DNA of 57,920 bases, taken from assembly GCA_009837285.1 (NCBI GenBank), contig VXTU01000114.1, positions 1-57,920 on the forward strand, given 5' to 3'. The position numbers and the translations under genes are program-made. A model generated the notes under the pieces. That model saw only the letters and a program-made list of their open reading frames with translations, had not been told where the DNA came from and did no database searches. The number at the start of each line of letters is the position of its first letter. Positions within the stretch are counted from its first letter, which is position 1. Of this stretch, positions 53,376 through 57,920 are shown piece by piece. Source of the stretch: Chloroflexota bacterium. Lineage in GTDB: Bacteria; Chloroflexota; Dehalococcoidia; UBA2979.

Positions 53376-54335
53376 ATGCTACCCGGTCGTGTGCTCCTCG
53401 TGCGAAACCCCCGGGCGCGCCGTGCGCCCTCCGAAGGCGCGCTCCGCCAGGTGTCCACGCCACTGCTCGGCCGGGGCTGGCGCATCGTCATCCGGTCGAC
53501 GACCCAGGCCGGCGAGGCGGCGCACATCGCCTCCGAAGCCGCCGCCGAGGGCTACAACGCCGTGGTCGCCGTCGGCGGCGACGGCACGGTGCACGAGCTG
53601 GCGCAGGGCCTGACGGGTACCTCCACCGCGCTCGGCGTCCTGCCCGCGGGGACGGCCAACATCTGGGCGACGGAAGCCGGCGTCCCGGGCAAGACCTCGC
53701 GGGCCACGGGGTTCCTGGCGCGTGCGCGCTCTGTGCCTGTTGACGTCGGTCGCGTCACGTTCGACGACGGGACCGCGCGGCGCTTCCTGCTCATGTGCAG
53801 TGTCGGACTCGACGCCGAGGTCGTACGGCGGATAGGCGGCGGTGGCCTGCGAAAGCGGATCTTCGGCCGCGCCGCGTACATCGGCGCGGGCCTCGGGCGG
53901 GTCGTGCGGGCCGCTCCAACGCTCACGGGCATCGAGGTCGACGGAGCGTATGCCGAGCATGACCTCTACGTCGCGGTGGTGGGGAACACGCGTCTGTACG
54001 GTGGCATCACGGAGCTCACCAGCGCCGCCCTCGCCGACGACGGCCAGCTCGACGTCGCGACGTTTTCAGCCCGGCGTTTCGCGGGCCGACGCCTCCCGGG
54101 GCGGCTCGCCCTTGCCGCGCGCGCCCTGCGCGGCCGGCTCGACGAGCGCCAGCGGGGCGGCGTCGACTACCAACGAGGCGCCCAGGTGCGCATCGCGCCG
54201 GTGACGCGGCTCCCTGTGCAGGCCGACGGCGAGTACATCGGCGAGACACCCATCACGATCACCGTCGAGCCTCGCGCGCTGCACGTGCTGCTCGACCCCG
54301 ACCCGAACCCGCTGCTCACCGGCGAAGTGGAGTAG
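53376..54335 (+). CDS. Diacylglycerol/lipid kinase family protein (YegS/BmrU type)
   Basis: VVAVGGDGTVHE motif; 319 aa. Confidence 0.85.
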   Translation: MLPGRVLLVRNPRARRAPSEGALRQVSTPLLGRGWRIVIRSTTQAGEAAHIASEAAAEGYNAVVAVGGDGTVHELAQGLTGTSTALGVLPAGTANIWATEAGVPGKTSRATGFLARARSVPVDVGRVTFDDGTARRFLLMCSVGLDAEVVRRIGGGGLRKRIFGRAAYIGAGLGRVVRAAPTLTGIEVDGAYAEHDLYVAVVGNTRLYGGITELTSAALADDGQLDVATFSARRFAGRRLPGRLALAARALRGRLDERQRGGVDYQRGAQVRIAPVTRLPVQADGEYIGETPITITVEPRALHVLLDPDPNPLLTGEVE

Positions 54336-54344
54336 GCGCCGGGG

Positions 54345-55544
54345 TCAACCGGCCGGACGCAGCTCGCCGTCCTCGATGCGGAACCGCCGCGCGCCGGGCA
54401 GGTCGGCGGCGCTCGGGCGGTCCTCGTCGGCCGACGTGATCACGACCTGGTCGACGCCGTAGGCAGCGGCGAGCACGCGCTCGCGGCGCTCCTCGTCCAG
54501 CTCCGACAGGATGTCGTCCAGGAGCAGCAGTGGCGCGTCGCCCGTACGGTCGCGCGAGAGCGCGACCTCGGCGAGCCGCAGCGCCAGCCCCGCCGTGCGC
54601 TGCTGGCCGCGCGACGCGAACGCGGCGGCGTCGTTCCCTGCGATTTCGAAGCGCATGTTGTCGCGGTGCGGCCCGCTGCGCGTCATGCCCGCGACCAGGT
54701 CGTCGCGGCGCCGGGCCTCGATCACCTCGCGGAACACGGACTCGACGCCCTCGATGCCGCCTGCGTCCAGCACAGCCGCTGCGGCGGGCGCCGGCAGCGA
54801 GGGCTCGTAGCACACCGCCAGCGGCTCGACCCCGGGGGCGAGGTCGGCGTAGTGCCGAGCCGCTCCCTCGGCGAGTGCGCGCACGGCGCTCGCGCGGCCG
54901 TGGAGCACGACGGCGCCGGCGGCAACGAGCTCATGGTCCCAGAACGCCAGCTCGTCACCCGGTCGGGCGCGGCGCTCCTGCAGGCTGCGCAGCAGGCTGT
55001 TGCGCTGCTGCAGCACCCGCTGGTAGCGCTGCAACGCCCGCACGTACTCGCGGTCGAGCTGCGAGATGGTGATGTCGAGGTAGCGCCGTCGCCGCGCAGG
55101 CGAGCCGTCGATGATCTGCAGGTCGGCGGCGGAGAACATCACGACACGCAGCCGCCCGATCAGGTCCGACGCTCGCCGCGCGACCCCGTCGACACGGAAA
55201 CGGCGGCTCGTCGGGGGCAGCGCGCGCTCCTCGGCAGCCTCGCGGCCCCGCACCTCCTGGCTGCTCACGACGATCTCGACCGTCACCGGCTCGGCCGCCG
55301 TCACCACCTCGGCGCGGAGCGTTGCGGCGGGGAGCGGCTCCTCGCGCAGCGCGTCCTGCGAGATCACCTCGGCGTCCGCGCCGGCGCGCCCGCTGCGGGT
55401 GGTGGCGAGGAGCGCGATGGCCTCGATGAGGTTCGTCTTGCCGGCGCCGTTCGGCCCGGTCACCACGCTGATTCCGCGCTCCAGCGGGGTGTCGAGCCGC
55501 CGGAACGTGCGGACGTTCGTGAGCGAGAGACGGGCGATCTGCAT
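54345..55544 (-). CDS. recF: DNA replication and repair protein RecF
   Basis: MQIARLSLTNVRTF..., Walker A GPNGAGKTNLIEA, signature SRGQQRT, Walker B LLLLDDILSELD. ATG 55544 follows GGAG. The ORF-track extension to 55853 is discarded. Confidence 0.85.
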   Translation of the reverse strand: MQIARLSLTNVRTFRRLDTPLERGISVVTGPNGAGKTNLIEAIALLATTRSGRAGADAEVISQDALREEPLPAATLRAEVVTAAEPVTVEIVVSSQEVRGREAAEERALPPTSRRFRVDGVARRASDLIGRLRVVMFSAADLQIIDGSPARRRRYLDITISQLDREYVRALQRYQRVLQQRNSLLRSLQERRARPGDELAFWDHELVAAGAVVLHGRASAVRALAEGAARHYADLAPGVEPLAVCYEPSLPAPAAAAVLDAGGIEGVESVFREVIEARRRDDLVAGMTRSGPHRDNMRFEIAGNDAAAFASRGQQRTAGLALRLAEVALSRDRTGDAPLLLLDDILSELDEERRERVLAAAYGVDQVVITSADEDRPSAADLPGARRFRIEDGELRPAG

Positions 55545-55680
55545 ACCGGGCTCCAGGCCGCCTCGATTATCGCCCCGATCGCCACAAGGCGACCGTCGGG
55601 GGCTGCCGTTGACGATCGCTCCCGGTACGGTGGGCACGGGCGACGGGCCACGACCCGACCAGGCCCGGGAGGAGCATCCG

Positions 55681-56727
55681 ATGAGCGACCAACCCATCCG
55701 CGTCGGCCTGATTGGGGCGGGCGCGAACACGCGCCTCCTCCACATCCCCGGCTTCCAGGCCATCGACGGCGTCGAGGTCGTCGCGGTGTGTAACCGCTCC
55801 ACGGAGAGCGGGCAGCGCGTCGCGGACGAGTTCGGCATCCCGCGCGTCGTCACGGACCCCGACGAGATCTACTCGGCAGACGACATCGACGCGGTCTGCA
55901 TCGGCACGTGGCCGTACCGCCACAGCGAGTTCACGGTGCGCGGCCTCAACGCCGGCAAGCACGTGCTGTGCGAGGCGCGGATGGCGACCGACGTGGCCCG
56001 CGCGCGCGCGATGCTCATCGCGGCCCAGGCGCGCCCGGACCTCGTCGCGCAACTCGTCCCCGCGCCGTGGGACCTCGCGAGCTGGCGCACCGTGCGCCGA
56101 CTGCTCGGCGAAGGCGCGCTCGGCGAGGTGCGCGAGGTACACGTCACGATGGTGACGCCCGGCGCGATGAACCCCCGGCGGCCCCTGCACTGGCGCGAGC
56201 ACAGCGAGTACTCCGGCTTCAACATCATGCAGTTCGGCATCGTCGCCGAGGTCGTCCAGCGCTGGCTCGGCCCCACCGAGCGGGTGCTCGCCGACGCCGC
56301 GACGTACGTCACCTCCCGCCGCGACGAGGAGAGCGGCGAGGACTACGCGATCGAGATCCCCGACAGCCTCGGCGTCTTCGCACGCCTCGCCAACGGCGCA
56401 CGGGCGACGTACCTGGTGAGCGCGGTCACGGACGCCCCCCGAGTCCCCAACGGCATCGCCCTGCACGGCACGGACGCGACGCTGCACTGGTGGGCCGACG
56501 GCGACCGCCTCGAGCTGGCCCCGCGAGGCGAGGCGCCACAGCCGCTCGACCCGGATCCGGGCACCGCCGGGTCATGGCGCGTCGAGGCGGACTTCATCGA
56601 CTCGATCCGCGACGGAGCGCCCGTGGAACTGACCAACTTCGAGGACGGGGTCCAGTACATGCAGGTCATCGAGGCGACGTGGCGGAGCTGGTCCGAGGGT
56701 CGCCCCGTCGACATCGCCTCGGTCTAG
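55681..56727 (+). CDS. Gfo/Idh/MocA-family oxidoreductase
   Basis: IRVGLIGAGANT Rossmann motif; GKHVLCEARMA motif; ATG 55681 lies 6 nt after GGGAGGAG. Confidence 0.85.
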   Translation: MSDQPIRVGLIGAGANTRLLHIPGFQAIDGVEVVAVCNRSTESGQRVADEFGIPRVVTDPDEIYSADDIDAVCIGTWPYRHSEFTVRGLNAGKHVLCEARMATDVARARAMLIAAQARPDLVAQLVPAPWDLASWRTVRRLLGEGALGEVREVHVTMVTPGAMNPRRPLHWREHSEYSGFNIMQFGIVAEVVQRWLGPTERVLADAATYVTSRRDEESGEDYAIEIPDSLGVFARLANGARATYLVSAVTDAPRVPNGIALHGTDATLHWWADGDRLELAPRGEAPQPLDPDPGTAGSWRVEADFIDSIRDGAPVELTNFEDGVQYMQVIEATWRSWSEGRPVDIASV

Positions 56728-56751
56728 GCCGGAGGCGGCGAGGCCCCGGCG

Positions 56752-57186
56752 ATGCGCACGGTGGTGGTCGGCGGACAGCGCGAGCGGCGACCGCCTTCGC
56801 TGTGGGAGCTGGCGCTGCGGCTCGTCGTCAACGCGGTCGGGCTGTGGCTCGCGGCCGTGCTCGTGCCCGGCATCCAGATCGACGACGTGCCCTCGCTGGT
56901 CGCCGCGACCGCGCTGTTCGCGCTGGTCAACACCCTCGTGCGGCCACTGGCATTCCTCGCCTCGGCGTGCTTCATCGTGCTCACGTTCGGGCTGTTCATC
57001 GTGGTCATCAACGCGCTCATGCTCGCGCTGACGGCGTGGATCGCGGGCCAGCTTGGGCTCGGGTTCCGCGTCGACGGCTTCGCGTCGGCAGTCTTCGGCG
57101 CGCTCATCGTCGCGCTGCTGTCGCTGTTCGTGTCGTCCGTGCTGCGCTGGCGTCGAGGCCCCCCGCAGGCTGGAGGCCCCGCGTGA
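56752..57186 (+). CDS. Phage-holin-family-IV / DUF360-like small membrane protein
   Basis: LVVNAVGLWLAAVLVPGIQID... and 4 TM segments. Confidence 0.65.
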   Translation: MRTVVVGGQRERRPPSLWELALRLVVNAVGLWLAAVLVPGIQIDDVPSLVAATALFALVNTLVRPLAFLASACFIVLTFGLFIVVINALMLALTAWIAGQLGLGFRVDGFASAVFGALIVALLSLFVSSVLRWRRGPPQAGGPA

Positions 57187-57920
57187 CGCTGTGGCTCTGC
57201 CGCACCTGCGGCGTCGAGTTCGCCGACACCACGCAGCCCCCCGCGGGGTGCGTGATCTGCGAGGACGACCGCCAGTACGTCGGCTGGGGCGGGCAGGAGT
57301 GGACGACGCGCGAGGAACTGCTGGCGCAGGGCCACCGCAACGACGTGCGCGACATCGAACCGGGGCTGACCGGCATCGGCATCGCCCCGCCGTTCAGCAT
57401 CGGCCAGCGCGCGTTGCTCGTGCAGGCCGACGCCGGCAACGTGCTCTACGACTGCGTCAGCCTGCTCGACGACGAGGCCCGCGAGGCCATCGAGGCGCGT
57501 GGGGGCGTCGACGCGATCACGCTCTCACACCCGCATTTCTACGACGCGATGGTGAGCTGGAGCCACGCCTTCGGCAGCTGCCCCATCTACGTCCCGGACG
57601 TCGACCGTGACTTCGTGACGCGCCCCGACCCGGTCATCGAGTACTGGGACGGAGAGCCCCTCGAGGTCGTGCCCGGCGTAACGCTGATCCGCACGGGCGG
57701 CCACTTCCCCGGCAGCGCGGTGTTGCACTGGGAGGGGGGCGCCGAGGGCCGTGGAGCGCTCCTCGTCGGCGACTCGATCACGGTCGTGCCCGACCGCCGC
57801 TACGTGAGCTTCATGTACAGCTACCCGAACCTCATCCCCACTTCGGCGGCGATGGTCCGCGCGATCGTCGCCTCGGTGGAGCCGTACGCGTTCGACCGCA
57901 TCTACGGCGGGTGGTGGGGG
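57183..57920 (+). CDS. MBL-fold metallo-hydrolase with an N-terminal CxxC...CxxC zinc ribbon; 3' end outside the window
   Basis: My own translation: VTLWLCRTCGVEF...CVICEDD...ITLSHPHFYD...RTGGHFPGSAVL... GTG 57183 overlaps the upstream TGA. It is not in the ORF track because no stop falls in the window. Confidence 0.65.
   Translation, partial: MTLWLCRTCGVEFADTTQPPAGCVICEDDRQYVGWGGQEWTTREELLAQGHRNDVRDIEPGLTGIGIAPPFSIGQRALLVQADAGNVLYDCVSLLDDEAREAIEARGGVDAITLSHPHFYDAMVSWSHAFGSCPIYVPDVDRDFVTRPDPVIEYWDGEPLEVVPGVTLIRTGGHFPGSAVLHWEGGAEGRGALLVGDSITVVPDRRYVSFMYSYPNLIPTSAAMVRAIVASVEPYAFDRIYGGWWG

Overview
This is a high-GC (roughly 68-70% by eye) bacterial chromosomal segment. I call about 60 protein genes, two tRNA-Arg genes, one cobalamin riboswitch and two families of GC-rich intergenic hairpin repeats. 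The gene content and the GGGAGAGGG/GGGTGAGGG repeat elements suggest a Chloroflexota/Thermomicrobia-like or similar high-GC lineage, but that is inference only. Most of the window is ordinary metabolism and transport: a DUF35/thiolase-like pair, ubiE, two family-III CoA-transferases, two peptide-type ABC binding proteins, two ABC permeases, MFS, SDRs, VOC proteins, a Mo-hydroxylase subunit, an aminotransferase, DAG kinase and recF. The loci worth a second look are: (1) an orphan DGQHR (DndB-like) gene, translationally coupled to a small CxxC...CxxC protein resembling a catalytically degenerate HNH and to a possible nuclease-fold protein (38.2-40.7 kb). No dnd/ssp/dpd partner genes are in the window, and this is my best candidate for an undescribed DNA-surveillance or defence module. 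(2) A thioredoxin-fold gene with a single in-frame TGA exactly at the active-site Cys position (W-A-S-W-TGA-G-C), followed by a small hairpin. It is either a selenoprotein or a lesion. (3) A clear cobalamin riboswitch whose downstream ORF is only a 77-codon lipoprotein-like stub. (4) An archaeal-style nurA-herA-sbcD-sbcC four-gene operon with overlapping stop/start codons. (5) A ChlI-like AAA ATPase plus VWA pair behind two tandem XRE paralogues. (6) A head-to-head DnaA-box-like pair. (7) A tandem VOC duplication with a 1-nt frameshift. Two toxin-antitoxin elements are also present: hicAB, and a higA antitoxin gene with no toxin partner. Many long ORFs in the supplied track are antisense or out-of-frame high-GC artefacts and were not called.
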